Origin: Malacoraja senta
Lineage: Eukaryota
DNA: 64,000 bases
Assembly (NCBI GenBank): GCA_038087875.1
Contig: CM075989.1
Coordinates: 7,008,001 to 7,072,000 of the forward strand
Direction: 5' to 3'
Numbering within the stretch: the stretch's first letter is position 1; every line of letters begins with the position of its first letter. The notes under the pieces are model-generated. The model ran no database searches and had not been told where the DNA came from. It saw only the letters and a list, made by a program, of their open reading frames with translations. Shown here in pieces: positions 24,255 through 36,457 of this stretch. The position numbers and the translations under genes are program-made.

Positions 24255-24525
24255 ATTTCAGGTGAGGGGGGGAAAGATTGAATGTGAACCTGCGGGGTCA
24301 CTTTTTTATACAAAGGGTGGTGGGTGTATGGAACAAGCTGCTGGAGGAGGTCATTGAGGCAGGGACTATCGCAATGTTTAAGAAACATTTAGATAGGTGC
24401 ATGGATAGGACAGGTTTATTGGCCAGAAGGAGGCAGGTGGGACTAGTATAGATGGGGCCTGTTGGTTCTTGTGGGCATGTTGGGCCAAAGGGCCTGTTTC
24501 TGCACTGTATGACTATGACTCTAAG
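24255..24525 (+). mobile_element. CR1-like LINE 3' end
   Basis: RVVGVWNKLLEEV motif; tail GGGCCAAAGGGCCTGTTTC...TATGACTATGACT. Confidence 0.8.
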
Positions 24526-25412
24526 AAATGTTCCCTCATTATGAAAGGTACTTGAGCTTTACAAATAACCATCATTACTCATGCCTCTGCTACTGAATAA
24601 ACACGATTGCCTTTTGCTTTCCTGAAACCACGGAAATTCCTTTGCTCCAGGGCCTAACCGTTTGACCCCAGCCCCGTGCAACACACTGACACATTCTTAC
24701 CTCTGCCAACTCTAATGGGAAACCTCTGGATCTTTGTAAGCTACAGCACACGGCTAAAGTCCACCATTTGAATCTAACAGCATATAATATAGAACATAGA
24801 AAAGTACAACACGGGAACAGGCCCTCTGTGCCAAATAAACTAATCTCATCAGCCTGCATATCCTCCATACCCCTCCCCTCCCAGCATATCCACATACCTA
24901 TCTAGAAGCTTTGTAAAAGCCACTATTGTATCTACCTCCACAACTACCCCTGGCAGTCCTTGCAGGTACCCACCTCTGTCTGTGTAAAAAAAAAAATGCA
25001 CCACACATCTCCTTTAAACTTTCCCCTTTCACTTTATAGCTATGCTGCCTAGTCTGCAGCATTTTTTCCGCCCATTTTCCTGCATTCCTCCTCTGCTTTT
25101 TCTTCAATCTTTCCCAGAGGAAAATAAATTCCAATTTATATTTCATTTCGGTTTGGGGACGTCAGTAATCACTCCTGCCCAGTAGACCACGGCAGCCGTA
25201 AGCTCTTGATCTTCAAATCCTCTTTTCCCCCGTTGGTCAAGATTGCTCTTGCACACTGAAGCAGTGCTGAATTTCATCGCTAATGCCTGCCATTTTTGAG
25301 AAGAGGCTCCCAAGATGTGAAAAGTGGTCCAGGTTTTCTAGTGCCTTGCTTCGGCCCTTCATTGTCAGAGGGCACCGTGGTGAAGCGTGGTTGAGGACCT
25401 TTGCCTCCGCGA

Positions 25413-25905
25413 TGGTAGACAAAAATGCTGGAGAAACTCAGCAGGTGAGGCAGCATCTACGGAGCGAAGGAAATAGGCAACGTTTCGGGTCGAAACCCTT
25501 CTTCAGACTGATGTGAGGGTGGAGGATGGGGGGCGGGAGGAAGAAAGGAAGAGGTGGAGCCAGAGGGCTGAGGGAGAGCTGAGAAGGGGAGGAGAAAGTA
25601 GGGACTACCTGAAATTAGAGAAGTCAATGTTCATACCGCTGGGGTGCAAACTGCCCAAGCGAAATATGAGGTGCTGCTCCTCCAATTTACAGTGTTCCTC
25701 ACTCTGGCCATGGAGGAGGCCCAGGACAGAAAGGTCGGATTCGGAATGGGAGGGGGAGCTGAAGTGCTGAGCCACCGGGAGATCAGGTTGGTTATTGCGA
25801 ACCGAGCAGAGGTGTTCGGCGAAGCGATCGCCAAGCCTACGCTTGGTCTCACCGATGTGGAGCAGCTGACATCTAGAGCAGCGGATGCAATAGATGAGGT
25901 TGAAT
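25413..25905 (-). mobile_element. Penelope-like element 3' end (GIY-YIG endonuclease) inserted in the RTE fossil
   Basis: NLIYCIRCSRCQLLHIGETKRRLGDRFAEH..GMNIDFSNFR, then pLTR with hammerhead-like core. Confidence 0.9.
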
Positions 25906-26149
25906 GTAAGGCCTGGGTTCTTGGACGCTTCAGTGAATGAGGTGACATTGAATCGGAGATCAGCGTTCAAATGTATTCAAGCATGCTATTGTTATGTTAT
26001 ACTTGACTACAGAGGTTAAGGTGACCTTGACTCCTGTACATAGTCCAAGCACATAGAATAGTTTCCATTAGACAAGTAGAATTGCTCCACAGCAAAAGGA
26101 AACTTCTGAAGGTAAGAGTCCATGAATGATGAAGAAATATTAAGTAACA

Positions 26150-26345
26150 TGGCACGGTGGCACAGCGATAGAGTTACTGTTTTTATAGCGCAAGAGACCC
26201 AGGTTTGGTCCACACCACGGGTACTGTCTGTACGGAGTTTGTACCTTCTCCCTGTGATCTGCGTGTGTTTTCTCCGGGTGCTCTGGTCTCCTCCCACACT
26301 CCAACGACGTGCAGCCTGTTTCCATGCTGTATCTCTAAACTAAAG
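26150..26345 (+). mobile_element. HE1-like SINE, internally deleted
   Basis: Head and V-domain joined directly to the tail. Confidence 0.8.
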
Positions 26346-26709
26346 TAATATGTAGGGATAATAACACAGACGTTGGCTGTATCAAGTTGGCACCTGAGTG
26401 TGGCGGCTCTTTGCATGCTGGTCTCAGAAGTGGATCTGCTATCATTCATTACAACCGTTCAACTCTTCAATCTTTATTTACCCTTTATCCTGTATCTGTA
26501 CACGATGCACGGCTTGATTGTAATAAGTATTGTCTTTTCACTAACTGGATACCATGTAGCAAAAAGCTTTTCACTGTAGTTTGGTACACGTGACAATAAT
26601 AGACAGCTAAAACTAAACTAGACTTAGAGGACACATTGGTTCTGCAGTGGACCATTGGTTATAGTTTGCCATCCATCGTACAACAAACATAAGATGGAGA
26701 AATCCTATA

Positions 26710-27015
26710 TTTTAGAGATACAACGCGGAAACAGGCCCTTCGGCCCACGGTGTCTGCACCGACCAACGATCGTCGCACATTAACACTATCCTACACACAC
26801 TAGAGATAATTTACACGTACACCAAACCAATTTACCTACATACCTGTACGTCTTTGGAGTATCGAAGGAAACCGAAGATCTTGGGGAAAACCCACGCGGT
26901 CATGGGGAGATGTACAAACTCCATACATACAGCATCTGTGGTTGGAATTTGAACCAGGGTCTCTGGCGCTGCAAGCACTGTAAGGCAACAACTCTACCCA
27001 TGCGCCACCGTGCTG
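26710..27015 (-). mobile_element. HE1-like SINE
   Basis: Reverse-complement full-length copy. Confidence 0.85.
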
Positions 27016-27364
27016 CCTATAGACAGAGCAATTTGTGAAGGATGTTCCACAGTCCTTTCCAGCTGATAAGAGTTAAAGGTTTTGGTGAAGCTGAAAAGTG
27101 CATAGTAGCTAGTGCTTTTATTTTGGAGTTGTCATGGTGGGAGTTCATGACCATTGATCCACTCAATGGACAGAATCCACACTATGGATTTGGAAGCCGA
27201 TCTTCAACTATTGGCAGTAGATGGTTGTGGACAACTTAGTGTTGACTTTCTTTGTGGCAAAAAGCTGGGAGATTCCTCTGCATTTACCACAATGAAGACT
27301 GTGACTATTTCAAGACCATTAGGCTCTATGGAGTTTTCAGCAACTCGGGCCAGTGGAAGATTTG

Positions 27365-27890
27365 ACCTCCACAAATTCTCTTGAACTTCTACAGGTGCAC
27401 AGTAGAGAGCATACTGACTGGTTGCATCCTGGCCCGGTTCGGCAACTTGAACGTCCAGGAGCGGAAAAGACTGCAAAAACGTTGTGACCACTGCCCAGTC
27501 CATCACCGGCTCTGACCTCCCCACCGTCGAAGGGATCTATCGAAGTCGCCGCCTCAAAAAGGCAGCCAACATCATCAAAGACCTACACCATCCTGGCCAC
27601 ACACTCATCTCTCCGTTGCCATCGGGAAGAAGGTACAGGAGCCTGAAAGCTGTAACGTCCAGTTCAGGAGCAGCTTCTTCCCTACAGCCATCAGGCTGTT
27701 AAACACAACAACAAATAAGCTCTGAACTACAACAGACTATTATTATTATTGCACCATATTTGTTTATTTATTGAGTATGTGTGCATGTGTATACACACAC
27801 ACTGAACTTGTTTTCTCCCGTTTTCTCCCGCAAGAATTTCATTGTCCTATCTGGGACATGTGACAATAAAACACTCTTGACTTTCTTGAT
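27365..27890 (+). mobile_element. Rex1/Babar-like LINE 3' end
   Basis: ESILTGCI..KKAANIIKDLHHPGHTLISPLPSGRRYRSLK. Confidence 0.85.
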
Positions 27891-28429
27891 CTGTCATTGT
27901 ATCTTGGACACAAAGAGCCATGGCACCAGAACTTAACCTCTATTCGAATCACTGAAAGCCATTGCCTTTCTTACAGCTCACCAGCCATAGCCAGCAACCC
28001 TGGGCCCAGTGTAAAACAAAGCAAAATGAAGAATACATTGATGTTTACAGGTGCACAGGGATTGGAAAGCACTATTTTGTGAAGTATATTTAATGGAGAC
28101 AAATCAGAAATGCAAAACAATGAGGTATCAGAAATGTAAAAGTACAGATGGTGAAGTATGCAGAATATTTAATGCAGAACAATAATCTCAAAGTAATGCA
28201 CAGTGAGGGATATGGTGCAATGGGGAATATGCAATAAATGTCAATGGGAGATGCAGAATGTACAATAGACACCATTTGGTTTATAGAATACGCAATGAAT
28301 GGTAATGGGCTGCAAATTAGTCTAAAAAGACCAATCAAAACCAACAAATCTATTTTACATTCATCATTTACGTTCTGTATAATTAACCACACAGGAGGTA
28401 CATTTATATTGATTTATCTTTACTTTCTG

Positions 28430-28755
28430 CACAGAAATCTGCCCTGCTCAAACACAAAACTGCACATACAACCTCAGGCACAGACGAGCGGACAGCATCG
28501 CCACAAACAGAACACGCTTTTTCAAGAGCTTCTTCCCTGCCACAGTGAGACTCTTGGCCAAAACAAAATGAACTGATGTCCTGACCCACCTCATAACATA
28601 TCATAGTATATGTGTTTATAGTTTATAGATTATGTGTTTTTCTGTGTGTCTTTTTAACTTGACTTGACTTGACTCTCTGAAGAACCGCACAAGAATTCCT
28701 ATGTGTGTAAGCACAAATGGCAAATAAAGTTTTTGATTGATTTGATTGATTGATT
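28430..28755 (+). mobile_element. Rex1/L2-like LINE 3' end with (TGAT)n tail
   Basis: TNRTRFFKSFFPATVRLL C-terminal motif, AATAAAG, microsatellite tail. Confidence 0.6.
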
Positions 28756-28929
28756 GGTGGCAGTGAATGTGGTTTGAGATGGTAGTGCCACATTGTAAAG
28801 GAAGTATTGCTTAATTATTATCTAGTTAACAACAGGAGGACTTGTTTGGTGGCTTTCAAGTGTGAAGATGTTTGCTAACAACGGGCAACGTTGTGTTTTG
28901 TGCTGTAACCATGTGAGGGGAATTTCTAT

Positions 28930-29625
28930 CCCATAAGTCAGAGGAGCAGAATTAGGCCCTTTGGGTCGTCGAGTCTACTCCACCATTCAATCATGGCTGA
29001 ACTATCTTTCCCTCTCAACCCCATTCTCCTGCCTTCTCCCCATAACCTTTGACACCCTTACTATGGGTGGCATAGTGGCACAGCAGTAGAGTTGCTGCCT
29101 CACAGTACCAGAGACCCGGGTTCGATCCTGACTACGGGTACTGTCTGTGCAGAGTTTGTAATATTCTCCCTGTGACTGTGTGGGTTTTCTGCGGGTGCAC
29201 CGGTTTCCTCCCGCGCTCCAATGACATGCAGGTTTGTAGGTTATTTGGCTTCAGAACAAATTGTAAATTGTCCCTGGTGTTCACTGGTTGGGGTGGACTA
29301 GATGTGCCGAAGGGCCTGTTTCTCCTCTGTATCTCTAAACTAAAAAAACTAAGCTAAATCAAGAATCTGCCAATCTGCCAGTCTTAAAAGTACCCAATGA
29401 CTTGGCCTCCACAGCCGTCTGTGGCAATAAATTCCACAGATTCACCATCCTCTGACTAAAAAATTCCTCCTCATCGCCTTTCTAAAGGTACATCCTTTTA
29501 TTCTGAGGATGTGCTTTCTGGTCCTAGACTCTCCCACTAGTGGAAACATCCTCTCCACATCTACTCTATCCAGGCCTTTCACTATTCGGTAAGTTTCAAT
29601 GAGGTGCCCCCTCATCCTTCTAAAC
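28930..29625 (-). mobile_element. CR1 3' end with nested plus-strand HE1-like SINE (~29065-29357)
   Basis: CR1 reverse-complement sequence on both sides of a full SINE with B-box GGTTCGATCC. Confidence 0.85.
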
Positions 29626-29819
29626 GCTCTCTCCTAAGTGTGGAGGCACTGAGACACATTGTCCAGTGTTTGCTCCTGCAGTTATAGATGCTGGCACTAC
29701 AGACTGCCAACGTCACCGAGTGCTACACAAGTGAGACGGTTTGTGGAGCAATAACAACACCTAGCATTTGTGCAGTGCTTTTAGCATCGCACAGAACGCA
29801 ATGAGAATTGAGAATTGAC

Positions 29820-32210
29820 ACGGGGGCAGCCAGGAACAGTGGTTTGGAGTAAGACGTGGGAGTAAGATCAGCGGGAGACCAGTGTCCCTGACATCTATGC
29901 CTGCATGACGTGTGACCTACTGAACTCCTACCAGACCTCATGGATCAGCTTGAGCAGCAGTTGGACACACCGAGGAACATACAGGAGGCAGAGAGGGTTA
30001 GAAACAGTAGTTTCAAGGGTAGAAACAAAGAACCGAAGATAGACACAAAAAGCTGGAGTAACTCAGCAGGACAGGCAGCATCTCTGGAGAGAAGGAATGG
30101 GTGATGTTTTGGGTTGACCCTGACGGACGTGTAAAGAAGGGTCTCGACCCGAAATGTCACCCATCCCTTCTCTCCAGAGATGCTGCCTGTCCTGCTGAGT
30201 TACTCCAGATTTTTGTATCTATCTTCGGTTTAAACCAGGGGGGGGAGAGCTGGAGGTGAATAAAGACCCCAGACCTTTCAGATCAGATTCAGATTCAGAT
30301 TCAACTTTATTGTCATTGTGCAGTGTACAGTACAGAGACAACGAAATGCAGTGAAGGGAGTAGAAGAGTCAAGACAGTTGATATCTCACCAGCAGTTGGA
30401 GATAAAATAGTCTACAGAGGGTAGATGGCCATCAAGGGGAGTGCAAGAGGAGAAGGGTGGCCATACCAAAGGTTCAGCCAATATAGATGGGTGATCATTG
30501 AGAGAGCAGGCAGATGGTGGAGGGGTCTCCCATGGCTGCCTAGCTCTCAAATAAGTATGCTATTTCGGACACCTTTGGGAGGGGGGGGGTGATATCCTCT
30601 TAGAGACAAATAACAGCAACTTCAACAACAGCAGCTGAACTTGGAGCCTGGGTCAGTGCATGGGACTAAGGTGTAGAAGCCATTACAGAGGCTTGGGCGT
30701 GAGATGGACCTCAACGTTCTGCCTTCACCCCCTCCCCTCCTCCCACCTCCTTCCTCACCCCTTTCCTCCACTCTAGTCATTTTACCAGTCCTGCAGTTCT
30801 CCACATTGTTTCCCTTGAGATCACACTCCCCCCCCCACCCCAGCCAACAAATGGACCTACCAGGTACTGCCCGGCCTGAGGTCCTTTGTTGCTGGCCCTG
30901 ATTGGTCCTGGTCTTTTCTCGAGTCCAGCTCTTCACCCCACCACCCCCCCTCCCCCTCCCCCCACTTTCGGTCTAAAGACAGGCTCCTGACCCAAAACAT
31001 CGGCCATCCATTTTCTCCAGAGATGCTGCCTGACCTGCTGAGTTACTCCACCACTTTGTGTCTACTTATTTTTTTAATAATGTTTCAGGTATAATGCAGG
31101 GAGATAGGTGAAAGACTTGCATTATTAATCAGGGAGAATATCGCAGCTGCATTCAGAGTGGACATACTGGAAGGTTCCTTCACTGAGCAGAAACAGGTCA
31201 AGTTCAAAGATAAGACAGATGCAATGTCTCCAATGGGATTATACAAAGGACATCCCAATTGCCAGTTGGGGGAGAGGAACAGCTATGGAAACGTAAAGGC
31301 TCTAGGGTTGTCATAGTGGGTGAATTGATCTTCTTCGATATTCACTGGGACTTCCTTAGTGCAAGAGGTTTTAGTTGGAGCAGAATTTGTTTGCTGTTTC
31401 CAAGTTTTCTGAAATAGAATGTCGATAGTGCTTCTCCAGGATCTGAAGAAGGGTCTCGACCCAAAAACAACACCTATTCCTTTTCTACAGAGATACTGCC
31501 GGACCCGCTGAGTTACTCCAGTATTTTGTGTCTATATTGTGGATAGTGCAGTTTGAGGGGAGTCCATATTGAGCATAGAATTGGGAAACGGGCCTGGCCA
31601 GGTGACTTGCATTTCAGTGGGAGAGCATTTTGCGGGATAGTGATCACAACTTCTTTAATTCGGAAGAGAGGTCCTGACCCAAAATATCACCTATCCTTTT
31701 TCTCCAGAGATACTGCCTGACCCGCTGAGTTACTCCAGCACTTTGTGTCTGTCGTTTCTTTAATTTTTAGATACGATAAGATCGATGGATGAAAGTACTA
31801 AATTGAGGAATGACAAATTACAGGATTATCAGGCAGAATCTAAGCAGAATAAATTGGGAGCTGCTGTTGTGTGGTTTGTCCATATCAGACATGTGGGATT
31901 CATCTAAAGCCTGGCTGATCAGAGTTCAGGATAGGCTTGATCCAGTAAAGAGAGAGCATAAGGAGGGATAAGGAGGGCAAGGTGGGCAAGGTCGGCAAGG
32001 TCGGCAAGGTCAGAAAAGGTCAGGAAATCCTCGATGACAGCAGAGGTTGGAGCTTTGGACAAAAACAAAATGGAAGCATATTCAAGCTTTAGGAAAAATG
32101 AAAGCAGACTGGGACTTTGAGGAATATAAAGAAAGCAGGAAAGAACTCAAGAAAGGAATTGAGGGCCAGAAAGCCATTGACAAGTGGACTTAAAGTGAAT
32201 CCCTGGGCAT
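29820..32210 (+). mobile_element. Degraded CR1 5' half (ORF1 and APE endonuclease) interrupted by several PLE insertions
   Basis: ETSVPDIYACMTC..DQLEQQLD..IQEAE and LSNKYAISDT (ORF1-like); RVVIVGE..DIHWD, LGNGPGQV, DSDHN (endonuclease-like). Confidence 0.7.
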
Positions 32211-32629
32211 GTTATACATTTTTTATATGTAATTACTGATACATGAGTCTATCTCGAGCTAAGCTAATGCAATCGACATCTGAAATGTAACCATTTAATG
32301 CAAAGTTTTGAAGCTTACAAATTTAACCAACACGCCCTTAAAAACAGGTAATTATAAAATTGGAATAGAGAAAATGCTCATTTGAGAAGCGTCTGGTAAT
32401 ATACCAGGATGCTTCAAATCACTGAGCAGCTGATGGATTGCAGCCACTGGTGCAATGCAGGTAGTGTTGAAAGAAGTGCCCAGACCAATTCCACAAATGG
32501 CAATGTGATAAATGAGTGAATTTATGCTAACTGTATTAAATGAGGAATAAATATTAGTCTGCGCTCTGCAAAAAAATATATATATATATATATCACTGCT
32601 GCTCTTCAAGTAGTTTAATGGAATCACTG

Positions 32630-33216
32630 GTACACACAAAATGCTGGAGTAACTCAGCAGGTGAGGCAGCATCTCAGGAGAGAAGGAATGGGCGACATTT
32701 CGGGTCGAGACCCTTCTTCAGACTGATGTCAGGGGAGGGGGCGGGAGAAAGATAACTTGTCGGAGAGAGGAGAACTTCTTCAAAGAAGGGTCTCGACCCG
32801 AAACGTTGTCAATTCCTTCTCTCCACAGATGCTGCCTCACCTGCTGAGTTACTCCAGCATTTTGTGTCCACCTTCTTCATAGTAGGTACACCTTGAAGAT
32901 ATTTTCCTGTGGAGTGGACAAAATGTGTAAGAAAGAAGTGCTGGAGTAACTCAGCGGGTGAGGCAGCATCTCAGGAGAGACACATTTTGTCGACCACTGC
33001 AAAATCTCCTCCAGGTACGTCTGCTTTGAAGTTCTCCTCCTCTCTCCGACGAGTTATCTTTGTCCCACCCCCTCCCCTGACATCAGTCTGAAGAAGGGTC
33101 TCAACCCGAAACGTTGCCCATTCCTTCTCTCCAGAGATGCTGCCTCACCCACTGAATTACTCCAGTATTTTGTGTCTACCTTCAATTTAAACCAGCACCT
33201 GCAGTTTTTCTTACAC
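32630..33216. mobile_element. Complex multi-inverted PLE insertion with 15-bp TSD
   Basis: TTAATG(G/T)AATCACTG at 32615-32629 and 33217-33231; alternating-orientation pLTR segments. Confidence 0.85.
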
Positions 33217-33821
33217 TTAATGTAATCACTGTCAGTTTACTTGAGAACAAGACCTGAGTTTAAAGCCTTAGTCAGAAGATGGCGCCTTTGATAAGGCAAT
33301 ACTTTTTCAGCTTTGCACTCGAGACTGAGTTTGTATTTTGAGCTTGAGTGCACTAAAAACTACAATCTCTGGAAAGAAGAAAGGGCTGAACCAAAGCCAA
33401 CAGTAGCAAATTGGACATAGACTGGAACCAATTAACTATTAGACCCCATTAGTTAACATTGGAGGGGTTGATGTACTTAAACCCAAAATAAAAACATCAC
33501 TACCAGTTTGTATGTGTCTTACTTTTGTAAATTAAATGTTGAAATCTAATCCTATTCAAAATGAGTGATCTTGTTCTCTTCCAGAGTTGCTGCCTGATCA
33601 TCTGAGTTGTTCCAGCACTTTGTGCTCTTTTTTTGTAAAACTAGCATCTGCAGTTCCTTGTTTCTACCTCTAGACTTTGTTTATTCCAAATATTTCCGAA
33701 GTGACAACATTATCACCAGACACACTCGTTGATTAGATAATTCCATTGTCAACTCTGTGAGGTGGAGCTGGAGCAAACAATATATATGTTGACTCCAAGG
33801 GCAATTTTAGCAAAATGAGTC

Positions 33822-34085
33822 AAGTCAAGTCAAGTCAAGTCATATTTATTTATGTAGCACATTTAAAAAACAACTCTTGTTGGCCAAAGTGCTTTACATT
33901 TGTTATAAGAATAGCACAAACAAAACAAACTACATACATATATACATGTAGCCCTCACTCAGAGGATGTCAAGAAAGGCTTGGGAGTATAGTTAAGTCTT
34001 TAGTCTTGACTTTAAAGAGTCGATGGAGGGGGCAGTTCTGATGGGAAAGGGGATGCTGTTCCACAGTCTAGGGAGAAGTGTGGAG
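33822..34085 (-). mobile_element. L2-like LINE 3' end with (CTTGA)n tail
   Basis: AAATGAGTC duplicated at 33813-33821 and 34086-34094; TGTAAAGCACTTTG tail motif. Confidence 0.7.
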
Positions 34086-34269
34086 AAATGAGTCCTTCTC
34101 CAATTTAACTTCCCTCCACTCTTTACATGATAGATCTTCTAAAGAAATTGGCTTTGTTTGTTATGCATACCAGCAGGCACCGTGTCCTGTCTCCGAATTA
34201 TTGACTGAATCATAAATTGTCAATAAAGACAGCTTCTCGATTCATTTTCACGATGTGGTTGATTGATTG

Positions 34270-34580
34270 ATTCAAAGATATAGAATGGACACGGGCTCTT
34301 TGGCCCACCGAGTCCACAGTGGCCATCGATCACCATTAGCACCAGTTCTATTTTATCCCACATTCTCATCCACTACCCATACACTGGGGGCAATTTACAG
34401 AGGTCAATTAACCTACAAACAGGCACGTCTTTGGGATTTGGGAGGAAACCGGGGCTCCTGGAGGAAACCCACATGGTCACAGGGTGAACAGGCACACAGG
34501 CAACACCCGAGGTCAGGATCAAATCCAGGTCTCTGGCTCTGTGAGACAACAGCTCTACCACCTGTGCCACTGTGCCACCC
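34270..34580 (-). mobile_element. HE1-like SINE
   Basis: Reverse-complement full-length copy. Confidence 0.85.
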
Positions 34581-34740
34581 TGATGCTGGGAAGATTACCA
34601 CTCATCGCCCATTCCCAGTGGCCCTGGTTTGATAAAACGAAGAGAACATTTCAGGCAACAGCTCATTGTAAATAAACTTGTGGGGACCAGGAGTTACATT
34701 TAGGTCAGTCTATATCAGGGAAATAACCTTCCTTCTCTGA

Positions 34741-34920
34741 GGTAGACAAAAATGCTGGAGAAACTCAGTGGGCGAGGCAGCATCTATGGAGCGAAGGAAT
34801 AGTCTCGACCCAAAACGTCACATATTCCTTCGCTCCATAGATGCTGCCTCACCCGCTGAGTTTCTCCAGCATTTTTGTCTAACTTCGATTTTTCCAGTAT
34901 CTGCAGTTCCTTCTTAAACA
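34741..34920. mobile_element. Fold-back PLE mini-element with 12-bp TSD
   Basis: TTCCTTCTCTGA at 34729-34740 and 34921-34932; about 60-bp inverted arms. Confidence 0.85.
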
Positions 34921-35196
34921 TTCCTTCTCTGAATGATGTTTTAAAACCAAAGGTCACAACCCAAAACATCACCCGTTCCTTCTCTCCATAGATGCTGCCT
35001 GTCCCTCTGAGTTACTCCAGCTTTCTGTGTCTATCTTGGATTTTTACAGCTTTTTATGTCAAGATTTTTTGTATTAAACTAAATTCAAATCCTTCAATGG
35101 CCATGGCCTGGTGTAAGATGCGGGGCTACGATAGCAAAAGGCATTTCTTCATCACCGCTTCCCAAACCTATAACATATGCCGGCTGGAAGGGAAAG

Positions 35197-35405
35197 AGTG
35201 GCAGAGTGGAGCAGCAGGTAAGATCTGCTGCCTCACAGAGCCAGAGACTTGGGTTCAATTCTGACCTTGGGTGGTATCTTTGTGGAGTTTGCACATTCCC
35301 CCTGTAACCACATGGGTTTCCACTGGTTGCTCCTTTTTCCTCACACATCCCAAAGATGTGCCAGTTTGTAGGTTAGACGGCCTCTGTAAACTGCCCCCAG
35401 TGTGG
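35197..35405 (+). mobile_element. HE1-like SINE (3' truncated)
   Basis: Head with GGTTCAATTC and V-domain. Confidence 0.75.
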
Positions 35406-35764
35406 AGTGATTGTTGGCGGGAGGGGACACTTGCATTGGTTTGCCATTACTTTTGGAAGACATTGCAGAGAAAGCATTGGTGGGGCTTTCCCAGTGCTGG
35501 GAACATCCTAGAGTAGATAGTCCACGTCTTTGAAGCAGACAGTGGGGACGCCTTTCTTTGCTGCCTGGTAGATCATGAACCTTAGGTCAAGCAGTGGAAT
35601 TGAAACCCTCTTTTGGCTCCGTCAGCCTGAAGCTGCGTTAGCACATTGGAAGATGCATTGAATTTTGCCCATTCATGTTTACTTTCACCCAGAGGTGACT
35701 TCCAAAATGTGAAAAGCCGCCAACATTTCCCAGGGTCTCATTCTAGATTGGTTGATAGATTGAT

Positions 35765-36070
35765 AGAAAGATACAGCATGGACACAGACCCTTCAGTGCA
35801 ACGAGTCCATGCCGACCATCGATCACCCTTTCACACTAGTTTTATGTAACCACTACACACCCTACACACTAGGGGCAATTTACACAGACTATGCTGTACT
35901 GTTCTATGCTCTTAGGCCAATAAACCTGCACGTCCTTAGGATGTGGGAAGAAACTGGAGCACTGAAAGGAAACCCATGTGGTCACATGCAAACTCCACAC
36001 AGACAGCACCCGAGGTCAGGATCGAACTTGGATATCTGGCACCCTACCAACTGCGTCACTGTGCCGCCCC
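35765..36070 (-). mobile_element. HE1-like SINE
   Basis: Reverse-complement tail, V-domain and head. Confidence 0.75.
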
Positions 36071-36310
36071 TGATCTCAATTGCCACCGTTGGATGGCAGA
36101 GGTAGATAGAAGAATGCTATCTTCTCAATATAGACACAAAATGCTGGAGTAACTCAGCAGGTCAGGCAGCAGGTCTGGAGAAAAGGAACAGATGATGTTT
36201 TGGGTTGAGACCCTTCTTCAGACTGAGAGTCAGGGGAGAGGGACACTAGAGGTACGAATAGGTACGGAGAATGAAAGGTATGAAAAGAACAAATCAAGGA
36301 TGATGAAGGA

Positions 36311-36457
36311 AAGGTGGGGCCCACAAAGGCCCATTGTTGGCTGTGGAAGGTGGGGCCCACAAAGGCCCATTGTTGGCTGTGGAAGGTGGGGCCCACAAAG
36401 GCCCATTGTTGGCTGTGGAAGGTGGGGCCCACAAAGGCCCATTGTTGGCTGTGGAAG
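36311..36457. repeat. Perfect 36-bp minisatellite, 4 copies, inside a PLE pLTR (~36130-36480)
   Basis: AAGGTGGGGCCCACAAAGGCCCATTGTTGGCTGTGG repeated head-to-tail without spacers. Confidence 0.95.

Larger units (their letters stand above)
25240..27360 (-). mobile_element. Fossil RTE-clade LINE RT region in five colinear pieces (~27030-27360, 26622-26708, 26350-26390, 25905-26145, 25240-25412)
   Basis: Minus-strand motifs in RTE order: HCGKCRGISQL, LPNP*CGFCP, FSFTKTFNS, FSILCLLYDG, CVIIPT, ADLRFNVTSFTEASKNPGLT, KVL..LENLDHFSHLGS..DEIQH. Confidence 0.7.

Noticed and set aside
25605..25970. 121-aa ORF as an RT-GIY-YIG fusion protein
   Set aside because: Chance in-frame junction between an RTE fossil and an inserted Penelope fragment.
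28090..28400. ATGCA-rich stretch and overlapping ORFs
   Set aside because: Low-complexity purine-biased sequence with no consistent period or protein similarity.
36311..36457. 36-bp repeats as a CRISPR array
   Set aside because: Units are directly adjacent with no spacers, there are no cas genes, and the context is eukaryotic.
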